DNA from: the human T2T-CHM13v2.0 reference genome, Homo sapiens
Direction: 5' to 3' (one strand)
Assembly (NCBI RefSeq): GCF_009914755.1
Contig: NC_060928.1
DNA length: 64,000 nucleotides
The position numbers were made by a program, and so were the translations under genes. The first letter of the stretch is position 1; each line of letters starts with the position of its first letter. Shown here one piece after another: positions 29,617-43,515 of the stretch. The notes below the pieces were generated by a model. It did not search any database. It was not told the origin of the DNA and saw only the letters and a list, made by a program, of their open reading frames with translations.

Positions 29617-32574
29617 TCACTAAACAAAAAATCATAATTACCTTGAGATCCTGGCAGCTTCTTTGTTAGCCCTCCATTTCACCATGCTAATTATAAAGAA
29701 AAGTAAACTTACATTTTTTGCTCTGGAGAACATCAAGCAAAATATTTGATCTGCTGTCTAAGCACCTGATGGTATGAACAATTGGAACTGTTAGACAACA
29801 AACAATAGCATTAAACACTCACCTTCCCGTTTCGAATGTTACATAATAAACAGCCGGATACTGCTGACATTAACACCCATTATTGTGCTGCATTAGTTTT
29901 ATGGGTGCAATAAACACTCCTGGATGATGAACATTTTGTAATTCAAAGAATGACTCATGGAAAATAGAGTTTTCATTTGCTAAAGTGCTGCAGGGTTGCA
30001 TTAAAAAATGTCTTGCTGTGCTGAAATTGATTCCATCTGAACGGCAGTTCAAAAGCTACCAGCAACTTTAAAAATGCACAAGGATGTTTTGCTTCTTTCA
30101 TCTATTTGGGAAAACAGAAGCAACCAAATATAATAATGTTCCTGGGACCCACTGCATGGTTATGTCCTGTTACATAAACAAGCATTATATAAAACAGAGT
30201 CATGATTAGCCTATCTTTTTATGGAACAAATAAACATTAACCAAATAAAACCAGTTTTTACCAGATGGCATCCAATAAAATATTACCATTGAGGCTCATT
30301 CTGTCCAAACCTTTAAAAAATGTTACCATACCTTGATTTAGGTTGACCTGACAGACCAACATCTGAACTTTTAAAAAAGATTTTACCAAAGGATTCGCTG
30401 AGTGATTCTTTCGAGACGAGTCTAAACCAATACAATCAAATAGAATTCAGTTCAAACTGACTGTTTTCTCTGATCGCAATGATTGTGTTAAACGGTAAGA
30501 CTGAAGAAGTCACTTCCTATTAAACATTTTCTCATTTCGTTTCTTCTTGGGGATTTAATTAAACCAGATTCTGAAGAGGATGGTGACTAGTTGGTTATTG
30601 TTAGCAAGACAGGAGTTAGAGCAAATGACATTGTAACACCAGGAATGTCTCTCTTTGAGATTTTAAAACTAGAAGAGATTCTCATTATTCTGGATTTTAG
30701 GATGTATGAATGACTCTTCAAAGACTCATTCATTGCAATGGTTTAGTCTGAATGTAATCCCAGGAAAATAAATTTGTTTTTGAGCTCTGAAGATCCAATA
30801 TCTAAAATGTTGATGTAGAAAACATAATTTAATCTTTATAACATCCCCATGTGGGACATGGTTAGCTCTAGATCACTCTGAATTTTAATCCAGTAGTGCT
30901 TCATAAGACCATACACCTTTCTTAAGGGTTTCAGAGCACAAACCTTCAAATATGTTCAGTTATTGACACACAAAGCTTAAAAATAAGAAATTTTGAGTAC
31001 CAAAACAAGTATGTTTTAAAGTACTCACTCTTCAGTCTGAAATTCCATGATTCTATACCTGGGTTATTTTCACTGTGGACAATAACTAGCTTGCTCTAGC
31101 TTTGCCAATGTTGCCACAACCATCTATAAACAAACTCAAAAACTGAAAAATAGAAAACAACACTATATTTTTCATTTTTTCTCTAGGAAAGTTAGAAATA
31201 AGTATATTTTCTCTCCTTTCAAGTTCTGAAACAAAAACCCCACTAATCGTGTATACTTGCACTGACTCTTGCCTCAGTAAATCTCAGTTAAGTAATTTGT
31301 TACAGTAGCATTTCCTCATTCTGGTATAATTTTTATGTACAGACTGTTTTCATTATTTCACCCTCATAAAAATATACTTTTATAATCTAGCCTACAGAGT
31401 TGCTACTCAATCATGTTTCATAACAAGTTCTATAGGTACATACCGGAATGTTATTCACCATTGGCTTAGAATTTAACAGTTTATAAAGGTGCAAATATCT
31501 GGGATTTGGGGCTGAAAGGTACTATTATGTTATTACCGTGAACGCACGTTCATTGTAAATACTGTGGTAACCCAGGCCTGAAAGAATCTATGAAGTTAAC
31601 ATTATGCATTTTTTGGGTTTTGAGGTTTCTGAAATGCATCCATCACTCCTGACCAATTGACGTTTACAAATACCACGAGGCCTGACCATCAGGCAGCTTT
31701 GTTTTCATTCCCTGCACGGCCCTTGCCCTCTTCCTGTCTCGGCATCTTTATCTAACCTCTGTAACCAGTCACAACTCATTTATTATCATCTGAAAAATAG
31801 TGCTGAAATGTTTATACACAATCAATTTGTAATTAATAGGAAATGACTTTATGGGGTCGTTTGATCCCTGCTGGTGGGAGAAAGCCTGGGTTATGTCTAA
31901 TGGATTTTTTCCAACTCCTTCAGTGGTGACGTGTGGCAAATGGATTGTAAATGAAGATAGACTGTGTAATGAATGACGACACTAAAGACTAATGTGAAGG
32001 ACTTTAGGGAAAACAAAAGGCTTTCATCTGAAAGGATGATCTGTGGACCAAGGTCACTCATACCACTCACTGCTCATTTTCTCATGTTATTTTAAAACTT
32101 TTTTCGGCCTTTATACTGCTTTCAGCAGCATTTGTGTGTAAGAAGTGGACGATGACTTTAATAAAGAGACCCGAATGGAACTGAATGGAGCATTTGTTTT
32201 TGAAGCAACTTTTACTGTCCTCAGTTTTATCTCATAGAAGCCTCCCTCCAAGGGCACTGCCATAGACTCACATGTTTCCTCTAATGCCTTGAAAAGCATT
32301 TTCCTAAAATGAAGGTCTTGGGAACATTTTACCTGTTGGCCAGAAACCTAAATAGTAATCAGCTCTGAAGGTCATTCTGATGGCATGGAAAAAGCATTGT
32401 GCTCTAGAGGAAAAAGCTAACTACGAGGGTAGCCTGGGGAGGACCAGGAGAGTACATACAAACAGGTTTTGCTGCAGTCACACTGCAGACGTTTGACATC
32501 TATTTTTCTGCTTTTCCTTTCTACATTTCTCTCATTTCCTTCCCTCTTTCCTTCTCTTTTGTCCTTTCTTCCTT

Positions 32575-33200
32575 TCTCCCAAAAATATTTATTGGGAATT
32601 CCCTATGTGCTACACTTGTACTGGTAAGAAGAAAATTAACAGGTCCTTCTGCCCCCCACCCCCAGCATTAAGTTTAATGAAGGAGAGATATTAATACTCA
32701 CTCTACTGAATGTATGATTGCAAAGCAAGATAAGTGCTCTGGATTAAAGGAACGTAGCTCTCTAAGAAGGTTAAGTAACACAAAAAAACCTAACCCTGGT
32801 AATTTTGAAGATTTGGGATCTTGCAATAAGAAGGTTTGTAGGTGAAGTAATATTTGAGCTGGAAACTGAAGACTGTGGTGTTAACCAGACATAAGGAGGC
32901 TGGAGGAAGAAGCAGCATAAGCAAAGGGCCCGTGGTCATCAACGATCTGTATGAACTTGTATAGGAAGAAAGCAGAGAGGGAAATGGCAGGTGGATAAGT
33001 AAGGAGAAGCGAGATCACAATAGGGTCAAGTGGGTCAGGAAGATACTGAAGGGTTTCCAACTGGAGGAAATTAGAGGGCCACTCAGGGTGCAGTATGAGT
33101 CATGGACCGGAGGGAAACAAGAATGGATGCAAGAAGACTGAATTAGGAGGAATTTCAGAGTCCAGGTAGAAGATGGTGGACTTTGATCCAAAATCATTGA
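32575..33200 (-). mobile_element. L2 fragment
   Basis: aaatatttattgggaattccctatgtgcta...tatttgagctggaaactgaag...gtccaggtagaagatggtggac. Confidence 0.65.
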
Positions 33201-33779
33201 AACTAAGAAAACCAGGGGCCTCAGATGTTCTTTGGTCTGTTTTCATCTAAAAACTATTGTATGGATATGGCTGTCCCACCAGGCAGCAACCAGAAGTTAG
33301 AGGTGGGAGCATGGCTTGCAGAGTTATTCTGGACATGTCAGTCTCAGTGCCTGTCACGCCCACAGTTGCTTTTGAGTGCAAACCACCCAGTCACCTGCCT
33401 GTGAAGCATAGTGAGCCAATTCATTACTAATGATTATCACAGAATCGATCACATTAGCCAACTGACTCAATAGCTGGATTCTTGAAGTGGCCTGGTATAA
33501 AAAGAGGACTGGTTTGTGAATAGAGAATTTGACACCCAAGATACGACACTCCCAGCACATTCATTTTCAACAGTGCTTCTCAATGGTGGCAATTTTACTT
33601 CCCAGGGGACATTTTCTGTGTCTGGAGACATTTTTGATTGTCACAACTAGGGAGGTGAGAACTGGCACCTGGTCTGTAGAGGAGAGCGATGCTATTAAAC
33701 ATGCTACAGTGCACAGGCAGCCCCCACCTCCCCCAACAAAGAATTATGTGGCCCCAAATAGTAACAGTGCACAGGTTGA

Positions 33780-34858
<1,079 letters not shown>

Positions 34859-35344
34859 GATTGAGAAACCCTGACTGTCAACGATAGAACGGGTCAAGAC
34901 TTCCATGTATTATGAATATGGCAGACAAAATAAAATTCTTAGTTTCATAACGGAAATAAAGGAGAAATGTGATGTTCCGGGAAAGCAGCTGAGACACATT
35001 CTAACAGTATAGCTTATTTGCAATACATTGGGTATTTACTCAACCAGTGTTTACTAGGCATCAAACAAACTCAAAATACTTGTTAGAAAAAAAGACAATA
35101 CCTAAGATGTTTTCACAGATTCACTAATCGCCAACATTTCTTTGAATGTAAAAAATCTTATAAAGGTTGTTTGCAGAAATTAAACTAGTAATTTCCCAAA
35201 TTTGACATGCTATTTGATTCTGTTAGCAGATAATACAACTAACTTTTTTTTGTTCGTACGTTTTCATGGTTACAGAGCTGGAGAAAGAAACGTTATGTAT
35301 GAGAAAATACTTTGGTTTAAATTGTTTACGAGTAATTTCTCTCA

Positions 35345-35765
35345 TACTGATGTGCTAAATGGCTTCTCTTTGTCCCTCCAGGTCACTCTCCATCTTTTCC
35401 GCCAGTGCCCAACTGACTGATCTTTACAGATGGTGTCAACAGATGCATCTACCCTCTGGCTTCAAGTTGAGTTGGCCAATGAAGGGTGAGAGAAAACTGA
35501 AGTAGGGTTCTTTATTCACCCAGCCCTTCCCCAAGAGGTCACCACGGCCTCACGGTGGCCCCCATGGCTCATATTAGAGAGACATTTGCGTAGCTCTGTT
35601 TCCACTCACCTCTTCCAGCCTAGGGTGGGAGCAGAGCCCCTACAATAGCTCTTGCATTTGCCTTATATCACGGTCACAGCACCGAAAATAGTCTCATTAT
35701 TAAACTCTCACTGAAGAAGTGTTCTAATTGAATTGGACTATTCTGTGCTGAGAGCCTAATGAGTA
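35345..35765 (+). mobile_element. ERVL solo LTR (LTR33-like)
   Basis: ccctctggcttc..ttggccaatg..tttattc..cagcctagggtggg..aaatagtctcattattaaactctc. Confidence 0.65.
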
Positions 35766-36329
35766 GAACTTCTCTAATGATGATGTAGATGTTCATGAAG
35801 ATTTACAGTTTCCACGTATGTTCACCCAGTACATCACAATGGATGCACAAATGATCTGTATAATATATACATGTAACTGGAATGAGTCCACAGATGCAGC
35901 ATTTGATGTACAAAAATCTTCACAAAACCAAAGCATAGGGCAGAAGAAAAGCTTTGTAACTCTTTAAATTATAGATGATTCCAGGCATCAGTGTAGTATT
36001 TGCATAGCTCTCTTAGAACAAGGGACACTGGGAACTCAGGAAGAATCAGAACTCTTTTCATGAATTTCTTTAGTGCAGTCAAGTTTCCTCTTTTATGAAC
36101 CAGCATAGTTAACCCATCTTCTAAAGAATTCGTTCATTACCACTTACATAGTTCAATCCCCAGCTTGCTTGGAGATTGAAAAATATCTCTAAGATACTTG
36201 ATTACATAAGTGTTCTGCCTAGAAATCCCAAAACTCTTACTCTTTTTGCTGTCATAGGAGGCGCTGCGGAAAGTACATGACATTTGCAGTTGTGGGCGAC
36301 TGTGCTGTGGGATGAAACCAGGCTCCTCA

Positions 36330-36520
36330 TCAAGATGAACATAGATTCAAGTCTCCATCTTAGCCATTTCCTAGTTCTGTGATTATAAATAAACTCCTTG
36401 ACTTTTCTGAGCCTTAGTTTCATGATCTCTGTAATGAGAATAATATTATCTCTTCCCAAGCATTTGATAATAATTAAGTGAGGTGATATAAACTGCCTAG
36501 ACCAGTTTTTGACTGTAGAG
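36330..36520 (+). mobile_element. MIR
   Basis: ttttctgagccttagtttcatgatctctgtaatgagaataat...attaagtgaggtgatat. Confidence 0.7.
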
Positions 36521-38505
36521 GTTTTTCTTTCTTTCTTTCTTTACTCTAATTTCACCTCTGGAAAAGCAGTCAAAATGAGAAAAGTCAAACCCGCATCAGA
36601 AAAGAAGCAACTTGACACACACATGCAATTAACCCACTTCACCAGGATATGTCACCAAATTGACATCACCAGAAATAGCTGATACAATGGTTTGCTTCAC
36701 CGTTTATCAGTAATCTCTTATCTTCTCTTTCCTTTTTACTTCGCTCATATCTTATTGTCCTGCTGTCATCTTTTCATGCCATGCATCTCTGGGACACCCA
36801 GCCTGAAGTGGCATATATTTGATGCTCAATAATACATGGCAGATGACATAAGATATTGGCTTTGCAAAATCTACCGCTGTTCTGAACTATCATACAAAAC
36901 AATTAGTTGTTAGTATGCCATCTTTCTTATTAATCTTCCTCAATAATATGAATAATCTTAATATTTCCATTTAAGAAAAATGCAAGCTATATGTTATTCT
37001 CATTTGACAAAAAAATTATTCTAAGAGGAAACATTGGAAAATGAGTTTCAAAATAGTGGTACACAAATTTGATTCTATGTCAAATGGTTTTAAATATAAA
37101 AGTAGCATAATCATCAGGAGAGGACTTTAAAATTCACTCTTTCTACAGATCTTGAATGGCCAGATAAAAATCAGAACTCCAACCAGTTCCCACCATCTCT
37201 GATGTGAGCTCCTATTTTGTGTGCCGGATGACTCAGTGGACGCCAGCAGCAGATCAATTTACCGTAGCACAAGGTGTCTCTGTCCCAAGGTTTGTGTACT
37301 TGCATTTGCGGCAAGTCCAGTCATATATTACACATCTCCTCTGGCTGTAACTGGAGACCGTCAAGGTACAATAGTGCTGAAAGAAGTGTACTTTTCCAGC
37401 CAGGGAATTTGTAACAGATCCTGCTTCATCTTGCATCGCCATACAAAGTACCTCCATTCCATCCTTCCTAAAAGTGCTTCAGTGACTGAAAGTGGAAAAA
37501 GTGGAGCAGAATAGAGCGTGTATGCCTCAGAGATTCCAGCCATCCAACAGTCCTAACTCAATGTAATTTAAATCTTGCATGTTTTTACTTTTAAAAAAAT
37601 TTGGCAACTCTAAAAAAGTTTACCAGAAAATAGTGTATCTGCGAATTTTCACTAGTTTCCTTCAAGAAGCTAGGATTTTCGTAGACTGAATACATTAAAT
37701 ATTGAGATTTAATAAAATTAATTTTGCTGATACAAAGGAAAAGTGAAAGAAAAAGTGAGACAGAATACTACAATTCTCTCTTTCAGTGATAAGTAAATGG
37801 TAACAAAAGTCATCTGTACAAATTCACAGAATATGATGTCATAAAGATGGGTCATCAAAATGCTTTTCAGTGATCCATTCAATAAGATGTCCCATCATGA
37901 GGGTTTGAGTAGCGAATAGGAAAGGAAGTTGTGAGGCTTCCTCCTTCGATGGGAGCCCCTCAGCACCTGAGAGGCAGAGGGCTGGGCGGGGAATGCTGAT
38001 ACTTTCCTTGTCAATTACGAGGCTGGCTTCCCCTTCATGATTAAAGAGCAGAAAGGGGCAAATCAGATAGCTCATGGCTTAAGTCGTTTGCATTATGTGT
38101 AGGTTTCAATTTTCCATGGTTCCCATTCTCGTAGACGTTAGACAGCTACGCTTTAATCTTTTCCTTGGCAGCTTTAATCTCTCTCCACTCAGCCATTTCT
38201 AAATTGGGGATAACATCAATACCGTAAGGATTAGCTAAGCATATCTGTAAGTACGTGACAATCACTGTAGGCTGTTTTTCATAACGTGACTTCAAAACCG
38301 AATCTGTTACGGAGTTGCTCAAGTTAACCATCTCCCGATAATGAGTTGTTTATGGAGGTGAAGATGAACAACCCAGATGCTTTGCAATGGTGGCGTTAGA
38401 AAAATATTTTATTAAATTTTTCCCTATTATCCTGGAGGAATATGTCACACAACAAAATATGGAGAGAGAGGAAGAGAAAAAAAAAGAAATGGAAAGTATT
38501 TTAAT

Positions 38506-38565
38506 TGATCAGGAGTTCAAGACTAGCCTGGCTGATACAACAAGACCCTGTCTCTGAAAAAACAA
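38506..38565 (+). mobile_element. Short 5'-truncated Alu/FLAM fragment
   Basis: caggagttcaagactagcctgg...aagaccctgtctct plus A tail; flanked by gaaagtat. Confidence 0.75.
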
Positions 38566-39689
38566 AGAAGGACGAAGTAGAAAGTATATTTCTGAGAAGA
38601 TACAGGTTATAGAGATCCTCAGTTCACAAAGCAATGGATATTTACTTTTCCACTATACAGCCCTATCAGCCGACCACAACGCTGGTTTGCTATTTTTAGC
38701 CAGTTCTTTTCTGCAGGATGTCTGCAAGCCTTCCGGGATTTCAAAGCGATCCTTCCAGTCTTCTTCAAAAGGAGTAGTCTTGCATTCCCCAACATTTCCA
38801 GTATCAACACTCTTCAGCACCTTCACCTCCAGAGATTCCTTTATTCAGACTGCCCTGCTATTGGAGCTGCCTGTTACAGGAACACTGCCAATCACATAAG
38901 CCACACAATTGTTAAAACACTGGCTCACATTGGGAAAACAGGAGTTGTTCATTTCATGGAAAGCATTCTTCATCTGATGAATGGATTTGGTTATCAACAT
39001 AGTCCTTTCATTGGTGAGCCCCTGATTTATTTACACTTGCCACAGCTCTAATCAGGCACATGGTAGCTGTGTATGGTGAAGCACTGGCTTTCAGGAGAAT
39101 TCTTTTAGCTTTAACAGTCGTGGTTAGCATAACTATGTGGTTATCTTCTACTGTAAAAAATAATTCTAGGACATAAATTTGATTAACTTCTGGAAGGTTG
39201 TTGATAACAGTGGTCCTCTCCCCTTCCTCTCTCTGTCCCAGCCCCTCATTGGAGTGCATCACTCAGAATGATTTCTAGTGCACTAAGGGAGAACACACTG
39301 GGCAGAGCAGCCCTGGGTCTTGGCTCTGGCTTTGGCACTGAGCAAGTCTCTGAACCCTCCCCATCCCTGATCCTTCATGGAAGGTTCCTTCCAGCTCTTA
39401 TAACTCACATTCATAGGAACGAATCATGGAATTGAGCCTCAGAAATGAATCCTATTTCAGGAACTTTTCTCATTTCTTCTGGAACGCATCAGGTTTGCAT
39501 AACCTATGTTTTTTATTGAGAGTGATATGACATTCTGCTTTCCTTCTTGTTTTATCATTTGTAATTAATGACAGCTATTGGCCCAATTTCTCCTTCATGA
39601 AATTACAGCGATTATCATTTCCTTTCCATTTTCTTAGAAAATCTTTTGTAGACTTTCTGTATTTCTTAACATTCAGCAATTGTTATAGT

Positions 39690-40100
39690 TCGCAGAGTGC
39701 TTTATGGATTACAGAATGATTTCATTTAGCTTTTCCTTTAAAAATTGACATGCTCATATGGCAGATATTATTATTCTCATTTCTAGGGGAGGAGAGGAAG
39801 ACCTAGGAAATATAGTAACCCAGTTTAGTTTCCTTGCTAGTAAACTGAGGGAACTGAAACTGAAAATTCATATCGTTTGACTCCTAACTCAAGTAGTTAG
39901 GACTGTCAAGTTAGATACAAACCCTGAACGAAGCTTTCTAAGAGGCCTTTGGGAAAGCTATTTAATCTCTCTGAGCTTCAGTTCTCTCCTCTGTAGAATG
40001 GGAAGAATACTGGCTAAGTGTCAGTGAGGTTAAGAGCATTAAAGGGGATAATCTGTATGGGGGGAGCCCCACACAGAGTCCAGCAGATAATGAGCAGACA
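39690..40100. mobile_element. Two MIR fragments in opposite orientation
   Basis: ggcagatattattattctcattt (minus) and atttaatctctctgagcttcagttctctcctctgtagaatggg (plus). Confidence 0.6.
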
Positions 40101-40261
40101 CTCCACAAAGGTGAGTGTCTTGTCCCATCTTCTTCTATAGTCTTCCTTGTCTCTGTTGTGGTCAACCTTGGATCTATGCTGCTTATGCTGGAAAAGTACG
40201 CCCTGCCTCCTTTCCTGAGTAACTTATTCTTTGGGATCAGTCATATAATACTTAAAAAGAA

Positions 40262-40419
40262 TTATTTTAGAGATGGGGTCTTGCTTTGTCACCCAGGCTG
40301 GAGTGCAGTGGTGCCATCATTACTCACTGCTCCTGGGCTCAAGTGATCCTCCTGCCTCAGCCTCCTGAGCAGCTGGGACTGCAGACATGCCACCATGCTT
40401 GGCTAAGTTTCTTTTTTTT

Positions 40420-40452
<33 letters not shown>

Positions 40453-40565
40453 TAGAGACAGGACTTTGGTATGTTGCCCAGGCTGGTCTCCAGCTCCTGG
40501 CCTCAAGCAATCTTCCTGCCTCTGCCTCCCAAAGCTCTGGGATTTGTGAACCACCGTGCCTGGCC
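40262..40565 (-). mobile_element. AluJ with expanded middle poly(T) linker
   Basis: Reverse dimer; T-rich run 40408-40451. Confidence 0.92.
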
Positions 40566-41315
40566 AATTTTTCTATAGACCTTTGTATACCAAATTTGTG
40601 AAACTCCACTTGCAATCTGATTGGCAATGAGCATTCGTTTGCACGTGATGATTACTCTGGAAGTGTAAGCTCTACCCCCTACATTTGTAAATGAAAAAGA
40701 CACAAAAGGAGAGAAACACTTCTACACGACCTCCTTCCTTAGATACAGTATCAGGGTTCTAACATTAACTTCTTACATTTAAAAAAAAATTCTGAAATTT
40801 ATTTAAAAGAACTAAAGAAGAAAAATATGTCTCTTATTTCCTTGGATACTTTCCTGAATACTAAAATCAGTTAATTTTCAAGACAAGAATTGTTAAAAGA
40901 CGCTCAATCAATAAATGACCATTCCTTTGCGATGTGTATTACTCCACTAGAATGGAAGCAGCATGAAAGCAGATATCTGTCTCATCTGTTTTGCTCTTTA
41001 TCTCCAGGTGGTACAGCAGAGCCAGGAACCCAGGAGGTCACAGTCAATATTTGTGACATGAATGAATGAGTGAAATGAGTACATGAACAGGTTGAGTGGT
41101 CTGTGAGTGTGAGGATAGATATACAGAGGTACAGAAGATGCTCTCCTGCCTTCAGGGAGCTTGCAGTCAGCCTCAAGAGACACAATTTACAAGAAAAGAC
41201 GAGTAGTCCACACTGCCAGGGAGTGAGTGGGTGGTGTCCATTAGAGCACAAGGAGGGAGCCTGCCTTAGAAGTTTGGGGAAGCAAAAGTTCACCGTGGGG
41301 CCAGAAACCTCACTT

Positions 41316-41927
41316 CGTTATAGGAGTTAATAAGAAATTATTTTAGGCAGATACGAAAAAGGGTCCTTGCCAAGTTTTTGTTTCTTTTAAAGTAGCTCAA
41401 GAAACATTTCTTGCCTAGCAGAAAAGCCCCCACCGGCAAGCTTTGATATGCAAATGTACGCCATTAGAAACTGGGTCCACCCAAACAAGGCAATACCCGC
41501 TGTCTTTTCCTGGTGCCCACAAGTGCCTGGCAACATGGCTGCCCCACATAACCCCACGTGTGTAGAACATCATGGCGCCCTGCATTTGCATATTAAAAGA
41601 CTAGGGTGGGAGGGCCAGTTATTTCACGGGCTATGTGAATGACATGCCTGGTCAAACCAATCCCCTGTGCCCTATGCAAATCAGACACCGCCTCCTCCAG
41701 CCTCCTCATATAAGCAGCCACTTTGCTGCCGCACAGCGAGTTTTCTCTTTGTTCCAATCCCCACTCCCTCCGTCTCTATACTGGGGAGCTGTTTTCTTCT
41801 TCCTTCCTTCTTTCTTGCCTATTAAACTTTTCGCTCCATGAAACCACTCCATGTGTGTCCGTGTCATTAATCCTATCGGCGTGAGACCAAGAACCCTGGT
41901 GTTCCTCCAGTCATCCGAGTCGTATCA
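41316..41927 (+). mobile_element. ERV1 solo LTR (LTR9 family)
   Basis: (c/t)gttataggagttaataagaaattattttaggcagata...gaccaagaaccctggtgttcctccagtcatc...gtatCA; exact TSD ACTT (41312-41315 / 41928-41931); CCAAT 41657, TATA-like catataag ~41708, ATTAAA 41821. Confidence 0.9.
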
Positions 41928-42604
41928 ACTTGTTCCCACCCCAAAAATCACTCTGACAAGGCTTTTCAGTGAATACACGCAGCATTAAAACAATGGCCAT
42001 ATTCAAGCCAAAAAGTTGCCACTGATTGAGTTTATATGAATGTTGAGACCAAAAACACAAAAACAGCTTGCCATGATATAAGACAATGGTTTTGTTTGCA
42101 TCTATGACATTCTCATTGTTATATTATTACTTAATATTCTGATAAACTGTGTGATTTGCTGAGGCCACTTTGGACTTTTTCCCTAAAACAGTCATTCTTC
42201 TTTTTGAGAATATATCCTCTAATGCCACTGGTCCTTAAATATGTACATGTACAGCTGGGTTTAAAATTGATAAACGCATTGTCTTAGAGTCCTAGCCCTA
42301 GAGGCAGAATAGGATGTGGTGGGTGGTCAGAATTATAATTAGTGCAAGAAAGGGACACATTTTACAAAATAGCACATTTTTTTTTCTAATTTTAAGGATG
42401 AAAGTACTCAATGGATAACTGAAAAACACAGAAATATATTTTTAAAACGCATCTCCCCCCAGAGAGAACCATTATAACTTTTGCTTGCATTCTTAGTGTC
42501 ATAGTCGCATATTCAAAATATGTATGAGACGCGTATATTTGTTCATGTCTATTTAAAAAGATACATTTTGGAAATATATGATGATGACTGTTAAATGTCA
42601 GACA

Positions 42605-43515
42605 TTATTTACTCACTCTACACATTTCGCTGAGTGACAACTGTCAGCATCTGCACTGTATCGGTAGGCATGGGGGAGGTGGCTGGAGAAGAAAGCACAC
42701 AAGATTACCTCCTCTCAGAGTTACGATCCCATGGGTCAAGCAGGTATTAGGCCCAAATGAAATTTTAATTACAAAATATATATGCAATATAGAGTCCGGG
42801 TGCAGGGTGACAGGGCGCTATAAGAAAGAACTAACTAGGGACTCAATCCATATCACAGAGCATAGAAGTCTCCTCTGGCAAGACAGGACTTAAGCTGAGA
42901 GGTCAAAGATAAGAAGGCAATTTCTTTGATGGAAGGGAGGAGCGCTGTGTGGGAGCGAAGGATTCCAGACACAGGGAACAGCCCACACAGACTCGGAGGA
43001 GCCACACTACCCTTCCTGGAGTGCAGACAGCGAGGTGGAGAGTAAGCTGAAACAGAGCTGGAGAGCAAGGACTGCGCTATAACCGCGCTATGTGCCAGGC
43101 TTGGGATCTCACGTGAAACAAATGGAGGACCTGATGGCTTTTAAGCACAGGAGTGGGCGTGGTCTAATTTGCATTTTGAAAATGACTGCCCTGGCTGCAA
43201 TGCCAAGAGGGCCGTGGTAAGAGGCTACAGCATAGTTTCCAGGCAAGAAGGCATGGTCTCTCGAACTAGCGTGGTGGCGGCACGGGTAGAGGAAAGTGGA
43301 TGAGTTTAGGCTGAGTCCTGGAGGCGGTGCCTTGTCGCCTACAGACTATGGGGCTGTATTAGGGAGACAAAAAAGGAGATAGGGGAATTGGACAATTTTT
43401 GGTATCTGGCATGATCATCTCGGAGGTGATGGAAACACTCATATATAAATGATGGGAGGACATCTAGTTGGAAAGCGTTTCGTTTTGGACGTGTTGATTT
43501 GAAATGTTCAAGTTG
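42605..43515 (-). mobile_element. L2 fragment
   Basis: gacttaagctgagaggtcaaagataagaagg, ggcttttaagcacaggagtg, tttgcattttgaaaatgactgccctggctgc, ttttggacgtgttgatttgaaatg. Confidence 0.75.

Noticed and set aside
32140-32236. Short frame EVDDDFNKETRMELNGAF...
   Set aside because: It has an in-frame stop immediately upstream, no donor site and no recognised homology.
38650-38845. Coding-looking minus-strand frame IKESLEVKVLKSVDTG...
   Set aside because: It is bounded by stops, has no start codon or in-frame splice context, and matches no protein I recognise. Kept only as a possible non-coding exon.
39379-39392. GGAAGG-TT-CCTTCC palindrome resembling the 3892/3932 motif
   Set aside because: Explained by the MIR3/L3-type 3' end sequence (aaggtcccttccagctct); not a shared novel element.
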